Assembly (NCBI GenBank): GCA_040954595.2
Contig: CM082597.2
Span: 9,207,778-9,271,777, forward strand
Direction: 5' to 3'
Source: Balanoglossus misakiensis
Lineage: Eukaryota > Animalia > Hemichordata
Length of the DNA: 64,000 bases
Position 1 is the first letter of the stretch; each line of letters opens with the position of its first letter. The position numbers were made by a program, and so were the translations under genes. A model generated the notes under the pieces. That model made no database searches, was not told the origin of the DNA, and saw only the letters and a program-made list of their open reading frames with translations. Shown one piece after another: positions 39,620-49,670 of this stretch.

Positions 39620-39657
<38 letters not shown>
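36113..39657 (+). mobile_element. L2/CR1-group LINE with (TAA)n tail, inserted at a tandem-repeat junction
   Basis: Interrupts cgtaat|ttatctcgcc; short 3' UTR and (TAA)n tail at 39621-39657. Confidence 0.92.
36190..39507 (+). CDS. Intact APE endonuclease-reverse transcriptase (first ATG at 36271)
   Basis: WNARSL, ITETWL, GDFN, TLDL, SDH, NYRPVSNL, LDLSAAFDTIDH, GVPQGSVLGP, YADDTQ, HITPILKDLHWLPV; no interruptions. Confidence 0.95.
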   Translation: MYFPSILHILLFKHLLPWILHKIWNFTMSGSSIYSIINAWQSLGVSRSSFNMATTSLRSTMNTKLFRPRGRKAGFKHPKPRYGIQTIISNHRRPTGHIRHNNSRTRVLRLIPVSSQGNLFNEPAAIETVITTRSTQTPGHKRTSTLVNIPRISSCFNKLNLNAALWNARSLNGKIGAIASTLLEGKLDIMIITETWLKSQFDPVIAELHSTISGYNFYHQSRSQRRGGGVAVLARSNLRLVEKGSTPFQSFESLHVTFKSSSQTLRIIAVYRPPKSTKNKATTNDFISDFSTLMETAVPSSGHLLVAGDFNFPVENMSSPDTSKLVDLLQSFGLQQHVKIPTHSKGHTLDLLITRSSEHLLHSIRSDDSLNSDHSILYFGLNVQRSPNTKVTITQRDFRTMNTDKLVDILSSEMPNLPSITNPDDLYHYFHGVVTDALDEVAPVKSKSVLNKVRAPWFSEDLLTMRKELRRLEINWRKSNLEIDRQMFIFKRMEYSRRCDALKTDYHRIRIEDADNKKLFAIVAELSDSRKALSNSIPNNVPTKEIPSAFMNYFENKVSQLRDRIGPQPHSCEADITPTHTFAEFDPVSPGDIIALVKQSPPKSCELDILPYGVLKNCVHILAPFLADLFNNSLTAGIVPSHFKSAIIRPLLKKVDLDQNILKNYRPVSNLPFLSKLLERVVVQQLNSHLTKFSLFTKFQSAYRANHSTETALLRVHNDIMLALNNKQDVILIMLDLSAAFDTIDHEIMLQRLHHRFGITGNTLSWFRSYLVNRQQCVKVGSASSPSSRMKYGVPQGSVLGPLMFTLYTAPLEDIFGKHGIDCMIYADDTQIYAICNSPNDVRNNIELCVDDIRSWMKSNMLVLNDDKTEVIHFSSRLKSNVTTLDCLRIGQCDIIPSVSVKNLGVILSQDGSMSDHISKLCKNGFFSLHRIAKIRNLLDRSTTEKLVHAFVTSHLDYCNSLLFGIPKGHLARLQSLQNAAARLVTRTRKSDHITPILKDLHWLPVEARISFKILLLTFKCISGKAPAYLTDLLHLYVPARELRSSVQFFLTHPHGKFNKTYGQRAFSVCAPILWNNLPLDIKTARSVNIFKRNLKTYLFTRFYV

Positions 39658-39879
39658 TTATCTCGCCGATATCATCAAGGTTCTTAAATACGAATTTATG
39701 TACGTGGCCGAGGTTCTTACGTTTTACAGCCTAAAAGTCAAAACAAAATTTAGTCAAAAAAGGTGCTAGCTTTCAAAGTCTTAGTCAATGTGACTTTTTA
39801 TATCATTCATGTTTTTGTTTATTATATGAAACAATGACAACAAATAAAGAAACATACACACTTACACGGAGGAAACTCG

Positions 39880-40950
39880 CAGATGTAGTATAGAGATACA
39901 TTTCAGGCATATGTTATGTCACGAAAGGTCTGCCAAGTTTTTATTCGTCTGTTTTAAAGATTTGGAACGAGGTTGTGCAAAGCGGGCAACGTGTAGATTT
40001 AAATCCCAATAAGGTGGGAGAACAAATATTTTGGGGGAATTGTAATATAACGGTAAATAACCATCCTTTATTTTTCACTGAGTGGATCGAGGCTGGATTT
40101 ATTCATATAGCCGACTTATTTGTTAATGGTAATTTCATTGATAAGCACTGTCTTTTAAACAAGCTACAGAAAAGAAGAAACTGGATTACTCTGTACATGA
40201 TTTTAAAAAAAAGCTATTCCAGATCAATGGAAGCAGTGTATGAGAAATGAGTTAATAGTTACTCATCAAAGAAAAGCTATAATGAAAAAAAAATCATCAG
40301 GGAAAGTATACTGACGTTTTTACTTTTTGTTGTAAAGATTTCTATTGGAATCTGGTAAATAAGTATGTAGAAAAATCATATGCGACAAAGGTGTGGGAAA
40401 ACAAAATCGGTGTTTATCCGAACTGGAGTATGATATGGGCAATCAAAGTGAAAAAAATACAGATTAAAAAGATTGCTCAATTCAATTTATTTTTATTGTA
40501 TGATAAACTTCCACACAAAGTGAATTTATTTAAATGGAAGAGAGAAGCCTCTCCATTGTGTGAAGTTTGTAATGTAATTGAAGATTGTAAGAATTTTCTT
40601 TTTGATTGTAAAAATGTAACACATTTCTGGGCCACTGTTACCCGAGCCCTTAATGGATCATACAACACTCAGTTCAGCTTATCTTGGAAGCATGTAATCT
40701 ATGGTTACTATCTAGAGCTACACAAGTTCGAACCTTTGAACCTAATCATAATGTTAAGCACCTTTGCGGTATACAAAGCAAGGATACTAAAACAGCAAAA
40801 TATGAGGAAATTCCTTACTGAAGAGCTATATTATATAAACTATGTAAAAAACGATAGAACTATTGTAAATTTCATGAAGTATGTGTAACATAATCCTGTA
40901 TACTCTGCAATTGCTGAATTAAAGATTTTATAAAAAGAAAAAGAAAAAAA
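39880..40950 (+). mobile_element. 5'-truncated L1/Tx1-type LINE 3' end
   Basis: zf-RVT-like CEVCNVIEDCKNFLFDC..FW; ATTAAA and A-rich tail at ~40918-40950; frameshifted. Confidence 0.8.
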
Positions 40951-41384
40951 GTAAAGAGATACATTCTATTTCCCCTACTAAAGTGCTCATTACGCGAGCG
41001 TCTCTGGGCCTTGACTCATATCAGGTCACGAACTGTTTTTCAGGTCATGAACTTTTGCTCACGTGTCAGAGGTCAAATATGGCGGCTGATTCAAATCGTG
41101 CCCAGTACATTCGAAAAATAAGAAAACTTGGTGGAAAGCACTAAGGTGATTTTATGACACCTACCAACCCATAAAAAGACGGGCCAACAGACCGACTATG
41201 TGTAAGTATTTAATGCATTGCAAAAAGTTTGCGTAATTAACCAACCCTTCCGCGAAACCACGTCAACATGATTACAGGTTAGGCGTCTTCTGCCATACTG
41301 TACACATGCATGACATGTGCGCGACAAGCCCTTTGTGTTGCGATTGTGCGTTTAAAGGCATGGTGCAACTTATTGTTCAATAAT

Positions 41385-41720
41385 TCACTCGTCCAATTCC
41401 ATAACTGTTGACGCTCTCTCCTTCATCCATATTTCTCCATCTTTAGTTCTGCTAAAGATAATTTTGCCGTCCTTCTTTTCGACCACGTAACTGCAGTTGT
41501 CCGAGTCATCCGTGTGACTGGCCGCAACCTCATCGACCCACTGCTCAGAGCCATCTTGCCTTTTCACACAGATCGTATATTTGCCCGGAGGGGTCGCGAT
41601 GTTGACATAGTTACCGCTGGCAATCACGTGACTCTTGACATCTTGATTGGCGTCTGTCAGTGTGACCTGAATGGGCTCGCCAGTTCCGTTTGCGATGCTA
41701 GTAGTGTGCTGGTTACCCAT
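41385..41720 (-). CDS. Small 111-aa beta-rich protein with N-myristoylation motif, unknown function
   Basis: Clean ATG-TGA ORF starting MGNQHT (MGxxxT) with alternating beta-strand pattern; splice acceptor ttcctacag ~35 nt upstream suggests a spliced 5' UTR. Confidence 0.65.
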   Translation of the reverse strand: MGNQHTTSIANGTGEPIQVTLTDANQDVKSHVIASGNYVNIATPPGKYTICVKRQDGSEQWVDEVAASHTDDSDNCSYVVEKKDGKIIFSRTKDGEIWMKERASTVMELDE

Positions 41721-41730
41721 GTATCTAAGG

Positions 41731-42620
41731 TCAAGTGCTGTGGGCCCTATATTTTCTGTAGGAATAAATCAAATGTGGTATACTACAAAAAGTATTGAAA
41801 CTAGTGAACGTATGGACAATCCGATGACCCTTACAGATCTTGAGAATAACGGTCGGTTTCTTTGAATGCAATAGATTATACGGCAAACGTACATGCGGAA
41901 GTGTGACCCAAAAGTGACCGATATCACTAGGAGGCTTGAATGTATTTAGGCAAGCCTTATTGTGAATCGCAACGTATTTCTCAATATGTAACATGTTCAA
42001 TATCATGTTGATGTTCACTGTTACTTTGGACCTTTATCCACGAAAGGATTATTTATTTTGAGTTCTTCAAGGGTCTGTTTCAGTGTTCTCATCATACGGG
42101 CATGACTGGCTGTGGTAACGCAGCTGTACCGTTGTGTGTGTATGGGGGGGGGGGGGTTGGCTGATTACCTCCACGGACAGCTGCGGGACAACCACCTTAC
42201 TAATAGTGCAGTTGCAACGACACGTCTGGTGTAGGAACATTAGAACGGCAACAAAGTGAGCGCAGTTCAATAAACCCGCTGGAGTGTAATGGAGACCTCA
42301 CACAACAGGAGTGAGTGAGGGTCAAAGTCCACTGCCGTAGTGTTATTCCGTGTACTCGGGTAGCACTCCTTGGAAAATCGGCTGGAATACGTAAACAGAC
42401 CAGTGAGTTTGTTCACGAAATGACTTTTGGGACCAGAAATAATCAGAGCACAGGCTTGTATAGGTCGTTTTATTGAATTACGCTCGCTTTGTTTTCTGTT
42501 GCCGTTCTTTCCACCAATAATTCGTAGTCAATTTCACTTGTGCGTGTTACGACCGGTCCCGATAAAATAGCCGAGTATGGGCCATCATTCATACGATTCA
42601 GCTCGAAAAGATATAGCATC
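41731..42620 (-). pseudogene. Decayed ORF divergent from the 512-aa gene
   Basis: Minus strand reads MLYLFELNRMNDGPYSAILSGPVVTRTSEIDYELLVERT..., then frameshifted pieces continuing into ORFs 42270-42067 and 42018-41731. Confidence 0.3.
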
Positions 42621-42708
42621 GCATGACAATCATTTATCTATTTAAAGTCGCTAATGTACGTATATACGTGGGCATAGAGAGGGGGAGAGAGTGAGAAAGA
42701 GAGACAAA

Positions 42709-44247
42709 ATGGCGTTCACATACTTACACTTTAATATTTTTTCGGTATGTCGGCTAACGTACATAACAGTCCACAGTCAAGAAGAAAAGAAACCCAAAGT
42801 ATCCACATTGACAGGCATTCGGAAAAAGCGCCCGAAACCACACTTATATTCTTACGAATCTGTCACACATTTAGGAGAACATATGGCTCGAAAGAGTTCA
42901 AGTATTTTCGTGACTTTGTTCGACAGACAAGTATGTGAAGGCGGATTCACTTTAGACCATTGGTCTTTCACGAAACCTCCTCAAGAACAAATTGTGGAAG
43001 TCACGAAAGTTGATCATACTTTAGGGTTTTGTGGAACCAATGGATCTTCCGTGCGTCCGATCATTGAATTAGTATATGTTGGTACGGATATTTTGCCCAG
43101 GAAATTTTCTAAACGAGCCACCGAAGACCCCGTCCATCTTTCTGTGAAATCAGTACACGCTATAAAGGCGTGGCTTGGGAAACATTTACCAGAAAAGTCA
43201 TCTCCTTGTTATCGTTGGACAGCTTGTAATGTAGCTATCCCGACGATAGCGATGACGTTGCTAGCTTCGGAAAGATCAAATTTACGGTGGACCAAAAGCA
43301 CCTTTGAAGATTACATGGACTTATGCTGGTTTCTCGCGCAACAGGTGTATGGATCTCAACCAAAGACAGTGCTGCATTTACTCAATATAATTGGCGTTAT
43401 ATCACACATATCTCCACTGCAGCCCGAAAGTCTTCTATTAGATCATGTAAAACCAGATGGGTCTTATTCTGGTTCAATATTGGAGACATCTTTATTTGCC
43501 GTCGAGTTACTCTTGGCTGCGTTTAAGATGAGATATAGAGCGAAACAGTTTAATGGCGTTTATGACATATTTCACCCCGCTTTAATCGAAATACAATATG
43601 CTGACGACATTGAGTATATTTACCCGTGCCTGATCGCAAAAAGTACTTTAAAATTAATTGAGTTTGGAAACCAGACAATTTATGTCGACTTTGGACAAGA
43701 TTTGTTCATAAAGAGTCTATTACATGAGTTTTGTTACCATTCAAATGTGGATACATTTCCGACCTCTCCCTTGGGATATACATTTCTGCCCTTACAAATG
43801 TGGTTTTCTCAACTAAGAGTAAAAACTCTGTATTATATGCGTAATGATTGCTCCAAACCGTCAGCGGTTGTTTTGCGTGGAACAACTATAGTTGAAACGC
43901 TGCGCGTTCGGTATGGCGTTCGAGTAATGCCGACAGACCAGTTTTACGCGGATAGCTTTGGACAACTAGTGAAACGCCTGTCGCTACCTGAGGTGCCGTT
44001 GATTACGGAAGTACATGTAGATCATTGCGAAGATAACAGCCTCCCAGCGACAGAGACACATCCGTGTTGCTTGCATAGGCTGTATGGTAACGCGCGAATG
44101 TTTCAGAACCATAAACTAGATCATTTTCTGCGGGACGAGAAGTTAGACGCGCGTACACATATGCTTAATCTAGTCACGTCTCATACAAAAATGTCACATG
44201 TCATTAAGTTTTTCGTGACGTTCCTACGGGAACGGGATACAAAATAA
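42709..44247 (+). CDS. Orphan 512-aa protein, putative viral gene
   Basis: Uninterrupted ORF, ATG in AAAATGG context, basic NLS-like KKPK..RKKRPKP, AATAAA overlapping the stop (44243-44248); no TE motif recognised. Confidence 0.75.
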   Translation: MAFTYLHFNIFSVCRLTYITVHSQEEKKPKVSTLTGIRKKRPKPHLYSYESVTHLGEHMARKSSSIFVTLFDRQVCEGGFTLDHWSFTKPPQEQIVEVTKVDHTLGFCGTNGSSVRPIIELVYVGTDILPRKFSKRATEDPVHLSVKSVHAIKAWLGKHLPEKSSPCYRWTACNVAIPTIAMTLLASERSNLRWTKSTFEDYMDLCWFLAQQVYGSQPKTVLHLLNIIGVISHISPLQPESLLLDHVKPDGSYSGSILETSLFAVELLLAAFKMRYRAKQFNGVYDIFHPALIEIQYADDIEYIYPCLIAKSTLKLIEFGNQTIYVDFGQDLFIKSLLHEFCYHSNVDTFPTSPLGYTFLPLQMWFSQLRVKTLYYMRNDCSKPSAVVLRGTTIVETLRVRYGVRVMPTDQFYADSFGQLVKRLSLPEVPLITEVHVDHCEDNSLPATETHPCCLHRLYGNARMFQNHKLDHFLRDEKLDARTHMLNLVTSHTKMSHVIKFFVTFLRERDTK

Positions 44248-44260
44248 ACTTCTGTATAAA
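44243..44260 (+). promoter_or_regulatory. PolyA signal of the upstream gene and TATA box of the next gene within a 50-bp spacer
   Basis: AATAAA 44243-44248; TATAAA 44255-44260, ~40 nt before ATG 44298. Confidence 0.6.
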
Positions 44261-44297
44261 TTTAAACGTGTAGTCAGAAATTACATAGTACAAGAAA

Positions 44298-47175
44298 ATG
44301 GCAGGGTTAGACCATCTATACCAATTTGCCGTCCTGCTTCCGTTTCACGACTCGATCTGTAAGTATACGGGTGAACCGAAATCGCCAAAAGACTTTCATT
44401 CCGTGTACTTCTGTACAGGTGACCAATCATCGTCTACTCATTGCGAGGTTTACGCAGTTCCACCGGGTGAAAACGTTCCCTGGAAAATGTGTGATATTCC
44501 AACCAGCACCAATCTCGTAGAAAAATGCAACAGAGGCAAAAATATCATGATATCAAAATCTGCGTTTAGAAATGCCCAATGGAAACGCGGTGCGTTCCGA
44601 AAGAAGTCCCGGAAAACACCGCAAAATTTAGGCTCCGCCCAAGCTATAATGGCTATCGCAAACTTGTATTATACTCGTGCGATCTGTACTGAAGATATAC
44701 ACGTACAAGTTTTTATACAGGAGAAATATGACATATTCAACGAGGGTGGATTCCGGATAGAACTATTGCATGATTTTTCGCACGATATTGACCGAGAAAT
44801 TGGTGAATGCCTGGTACAGACTCATACAAACTTATCGATCTTTGGTAAGAACAGATTACACATTCGGTTTTGTTTAGGGGTTAGGGTTAGGTGTTAAGAT
44901 ATCTATTTTTAGAGTGATGAATCCAACTATATTATTACGGAACGCTACATGGATTAAACTTAAACTCTGACTTGTTGATGTTTTCTGGTTTATGCACGTA
45001 ATAGGATATCCCAAGGTCCTACACTACAAAGATCCCGTCCCAGCCAAGGTTAATAAAGAGTCGGTGATGACAGCTTTGAATACTCCGGACAACTGGAGCG
45101 TTTTAATTGAATTTAACCCCGTATTGCGAGACGTACAAGCGTATAGTTTACAAGATCTAAACGTGTGTGCCGAGTGGGGTCACAGAGGTACTTCGAACAT
45201 TCTGTTAATTTTTGCGATGGACAGAGATCGAGAAAATATGTTTGTGTTGTTATGGGCGTTACCGGCAAGTGACATTCGCAAGGCGTATATGCCAAATTCC
45301 GCCGACACAGAGGTTGTGATTTCTAATGATGTATTACAGAATGCCACGTTCGTATTTCACGTGTTGCATGCAGCGTCACCTTTACATAGACGCTGTTCAT
45401 ACGCCAGTAAGTTTCGACTGAAGAGAGATGCTATCAGTTCCAAACGAGCTATTGCCATGTACCCAACTTACAACGAAACACATGCCCACGTGTTGGTAGA
45501 GTGGAAACAAGATCGTTGTCAGTATATGCGAAATGGTGCACGTATTTTATTCGCGTACAATATTAACAGTAATTCGAACGCCATCATTTATGTTAAAGCC
45601 ACGCCCAGTTTTTTACCGCGTAAAATAGCAACGTGTGAAATTCCCAATGATATATTACGCTCTGTATCAAATGAGACAATCATTCCGCCAGGAATCTTTG
45701 CGGAGGCGCATTTTTTAGAAACTGCGTGGGACTGGAACGACGAAATACCGACGGTCCAATTAAATCCATTTCAGATTATATACGCAGTGAAGGCTTTGTT
45801 TTCGGTGGGATTTGGTCAAGACAAGGATTGGAATCATCGTTTTGCCGCAAGCAACGCGATTTGTTGGCCGTCTGATGACGTCATTACCACAACAGAACAA
45901 TCATTCCTAAATAGGTGCTTTAAATCGCCCACATTTTCAACATGGACAGACGTAGAAAACGACATATTGTGTCAGGGCGACCGATCATATTCAAACCTAT
46001 ACTGTCACGCTGACAAATGCACATATTGGTTAGCTCATCAGAGAACTTTCGTGGTTGTCGAGTCCAAACCATCGATTGAGTCTTATTTGACAACCCCTAC
46101 TCGAGTTTTATACGTCGCAAACAAGTGGCATCCCGGAGCGGGGATAGCAGTATATTCGTGGAAAACTCGGGATATTCCGCGCCCACTTGCTATTATCGAT
46201 AGATCTTCAGAATCGTTTGACAATATTTGGTCGATTTTGGGTAATTTTTCACGCGAGTGTATTGCTTTGCGCAACATACCAATGAATGCCAACAGAATGC
46301 AGACAGACTTACACTTTGAGGGTCTACACGCGCAATCCGTCAAGCATTTCGTGGAAAACCCCGATTCGAAAATTTTCTTTGACGCTGGTTTCTTGTCATC
46401 GGATTCCAAGTGGTTCCCGGAAGCGTTCGCTATCTGGGAATATCCTCAGATCGAGGGACATGCGTGGGGGTTTGTCAACATGCTACAACGAGCCGTTTCT
46501 GTGTACGCCATGTATCAGAAGTATGCATGTGGTTTTACCATAGAACAACCGGTGGCAAAACTAATGCAAGAAAAGATAGAAATTGCATCATGTGATCCAA
46601 ATGCGGCATGTCTACAAAAGATAAACACTATGGTCCGTAATGAATTCGAGAGAGCAGAATTGGTCTTCTGGTCGGCGTTGGTTGAGTTCAGACAAGATGT
46701 TAAACATTACGTTACGGGATTACCGGTGGAAGTTAAATTCAGTTCAGGTGACATAGAAAAATCGAACAAACTATGTTGTTTCACTTTGGTTGGTACACAC
46801 ATACGACCCTTTTTGATTGCGCACCTGGACAAAGACGAAAGTTTGGTTGAAATGGTAGTTGATCTAAAGGTGCTTAACTGTAATTATTTCAACCATGCAA
46901 TGAGTTCTAACCAATTCTACGTTAACTTCGCGTATGGTATAGACACTTTCTCGTCCAGATGCCAACAAATGAACCAGTTTGAAATACTGGCTTGTTTATG
47001 GGCGATGGTAGAACAACGGGGTCACACCATGAACGAAACATTGGTTAATCTGTTGAAGCGTCACATGGTAAAATACTTTGAACAAGACCTGACGTGCCCT
47101 GCCACTACACTTTCAGGCTTGCAGGTATGGGCGAAAGAGTGGCTGGATTCTCTCATAATTGACACATCCCTGTAA
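44298..47175 (+). CDS. Orphan two-exon gene, predicted 905 aa (exons 44298-44844 and 45005-47175), putative viral gene
   Basis: Donor G|GTAAGA at 44845, CTGAC branch-like site at ~44967, acceptor ATAG| at 45004. The phase-1 join rebuilds GGA and fuses the 199-aa and 727-aa ORFs in frame (NLSIFG-YPKVL). Confidence 0.75.
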
Positions 47176-49432
47176 TTGGCTACTGCCGCCAAACAAGACC
47201 ACCGCCCGGGGATATATCCGTTGGGGATACACTCGGCGGCCGTTGAGGGCGTATGTATTCCTGTCGGACACAATTCCAATGGACTAACATAGTTATATGT
47301 CTGTTAGTACACGTCAGCTGGCATAGCCGGAAAACACGACCAGGCTACCTGCAGAAAGAGTGGCTGGATTCTCGCATAATTGACACATCCCTGTAATTGG
47401 CTACTGCCGCCAAACAAGACCACCGCCCGGGGATATATCCGTTGGGGATACACTCGGCGGCCGTTGAGGGCGTATTATTCCTGTCGGACACAATTCCAAT
47501 GGACTAACATAGTTATGTAATAGAGAACCACCGACCCCCGAGGTGGTTCTTGGTTTCGATTCGCCGAGGGCCGCAGGCCCGAGACGATTGGAAACCAAGA
47601 ACCACTGAGGGGGAGGTGGTTCTCTAACTTAAACCACGATCCCCCACAGACATTGTCACCATTGGAGCTTCGTGTACCACAAAGACGTCGTTTTACTCAA
47701 CGATTCAATAAAATGAACGAACAAAAGCTTATCAAAAGAGGCTTATTCTTCATTGCTGACTGTGAAATTTGGTTGGCCACCCCTTTTCCTATAAATGAAT
47801 CATGTCGTGGGCAGGTAGTTCTAGACCGCCCTGCTGGGCCTTACAAGATCGCCCACGCTTGACAGGTGTTACTCTAAATGTTCATACTTACGTGTCGGAG
47901 TGATATGCTCATTTCAAGCACTAATTTGCATCAAATTAAACTTTACAGGTGTGTTACGTAGTGTATTATGGGAAGGGTTACAGCTATTGGGGTTTTGCGT
48001 GCACATGGTAAGCTTACGCGAAAATTTTCTAGGCCAAATGCAGTAGGCCTACATGTAAGTGTCACGTTTTTTTTATTTTCCTTCAAATGTCCATGAAATC
48101 GATCTGAAGATACATGTAGTTCCGATCTATATCATCTGCGAAAACAAGCGGCTACATGTTGGTAAAGCAAAAACCGGGTCACAATGCTCTACATGGTACT
48201 ACTGCCCGTCTGTGTATTGGCCTCCCTGGCTTTTGAACGAACCACTCTCTACGAGCCACAGCGGCAACGCGTCTGTATGGTAGCGATATTGGTGAGTAAC
48301 TCATCTGCGAAAAGACTTGATACCGAAGTGAATCCGTCCGACATTACAAACCCACGTCTGGTGAACAGCAACAAAAAGTAAGCACAACTTTGCAAGGTAC
48401 GCGGGTTTTGTTAAACAGTAGGCCTAAAACAGCCATCCTTGTTACATGTCGGTAGTGAAGCAAAATCGAAGTGAAGCATCTGGTTAGAGTAATACAAGCA
48501 AATCTGGGGATAATGTGATTTAGTATAATTTTCTAGAAATTTGTAGTGAATTTATTGCAACGTTAGTTTGTTTCTGGTGAATTGATTTTTGTCTATTTTA
48601 TACTTTTATTATCATGTTATGAAGACTCTCGAGAGCCACCAAGACATTAGCTTTGTACGTCAGTAGACAAAACTGTGAATGTGAAGCATTGAATGAAATG
48701 ATCCGGAGACTGTCGCATATCCAGTTCGCTTTCAATTAACATAAAAATTACTCTATTCAAATGAAATGTACTTTGAATACAGGTATAGAAGTAAATGTAA
48801 TTATGCAAATAAAGCATTGTGTATTTGTATTTTTGTTACGACAGGTGAGACTGAGTCCTGCGGTAGTTCTAGAACCCCCGGAGGTAGTTCTAGAACTACC
48901 CGGGACTTGGTTTTAAACCTGTGGTTTTGTGTGAGACGGAGGTTCTCTCAGTGAATGACTTGTCTATTGAATAGTGTGACGTCACGATCGTGGTTTAAAT
49001 GTCTGTTAGTACACGTCAGCTGGCATAGCCGGAAAACACTACCAGGCTAACCGCAGAAAGAGTGGCTGGATTCTCGCATAATTGACACATCCCTGTAATT
49101 GGCTACTGCCGCCAAACAAGACCACCGCCCGGGGATATATCCGTTGGGGATACACTCGGCGGCCGTTGAGGGCGTATGTATTCCTGTCGGACACAATTCC
49201 AATGGACTAACATAGTTATATGTCTGTTAGTACACGTCAGCTGGCATAGCCGGAAAACACTACCAGGCTAACCGCAGAAAGAGTGGCTGGATTCTCGCAT
49301 AATTGACACATCCCTGTAATTGGCTACTGCCGCCAAACAAGACCACCGCCCGGGGATATATACGTTGGGGATACACTCGGCGGCCGTTGATGGCGTATGT
49401 ATTCCTGTCGGACACAATTCCAATGGACTAAA
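47133..49432 (+). repeat. 221-bp tandem repeat, ~3.7 copies, second copy split by an insertion
   Basis: gaaagagtggctggattctc starts at 47133, 47354, 49056 and 49277 (period 221). Confidence 0.93.
47517..48998. mobile_element. 1.48-kb non-autonomous hairpin-ended element (Helentron/Crypton-like structure)
   Basis: Inserted in agttat|atgtctg of the repeat with no clear TSD. Left ~105-bp hairpin agagaaccacc...ggtggttctct, then ttaaaccacgatc inverted-matching gatcgtggtttaa at the right end. Confidence 0.75.
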
Positions 49433-49451
49433 CATAGACAGTTACTAAACT

Positions 49452-49463
49452 TTTATTAATAAA
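49452..49463. terminator. Back-to-back polyadenylation signals for the convergent genes
   Basis: TTTATT (49452-49457) abuts AATAAA (49458-49463), between the 905-aa gene (+) and the terminase (-). Confidence 0.6.
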
Positions 49464-49670
49464 TGTGTGCTTACCGAATAAAATATCTCTTAACATTCAA
49501 AATGTGTGTATGGTTATTTCGATCGAAGCAATTACAATTGATAAAAAACAGACCTCTGTGTCCTGATTAGCGCACTTTCACCTTGGGATGGTCAATGCAA
49601 GGTTTAAAAAGTCACAGCCAAATGGCGTTACAACTTGATATGTCCTTGAGCTCCTTTCGTTATATGTCTG

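Noticed and set aside
44874-44891. Telomeric TTAGGG array as an integration signal (HHV-6/MDV style)
   Set aside because: Only 2-3 imperfect units inside a small intron; similar short motifs occur elsewhere in the window (~30245).
47133-49432. CRISPR-like array
   Set aside because: Units are 221-bp near-identical tandem copies with no unique spacers and no cas genes; eukaryotic context.
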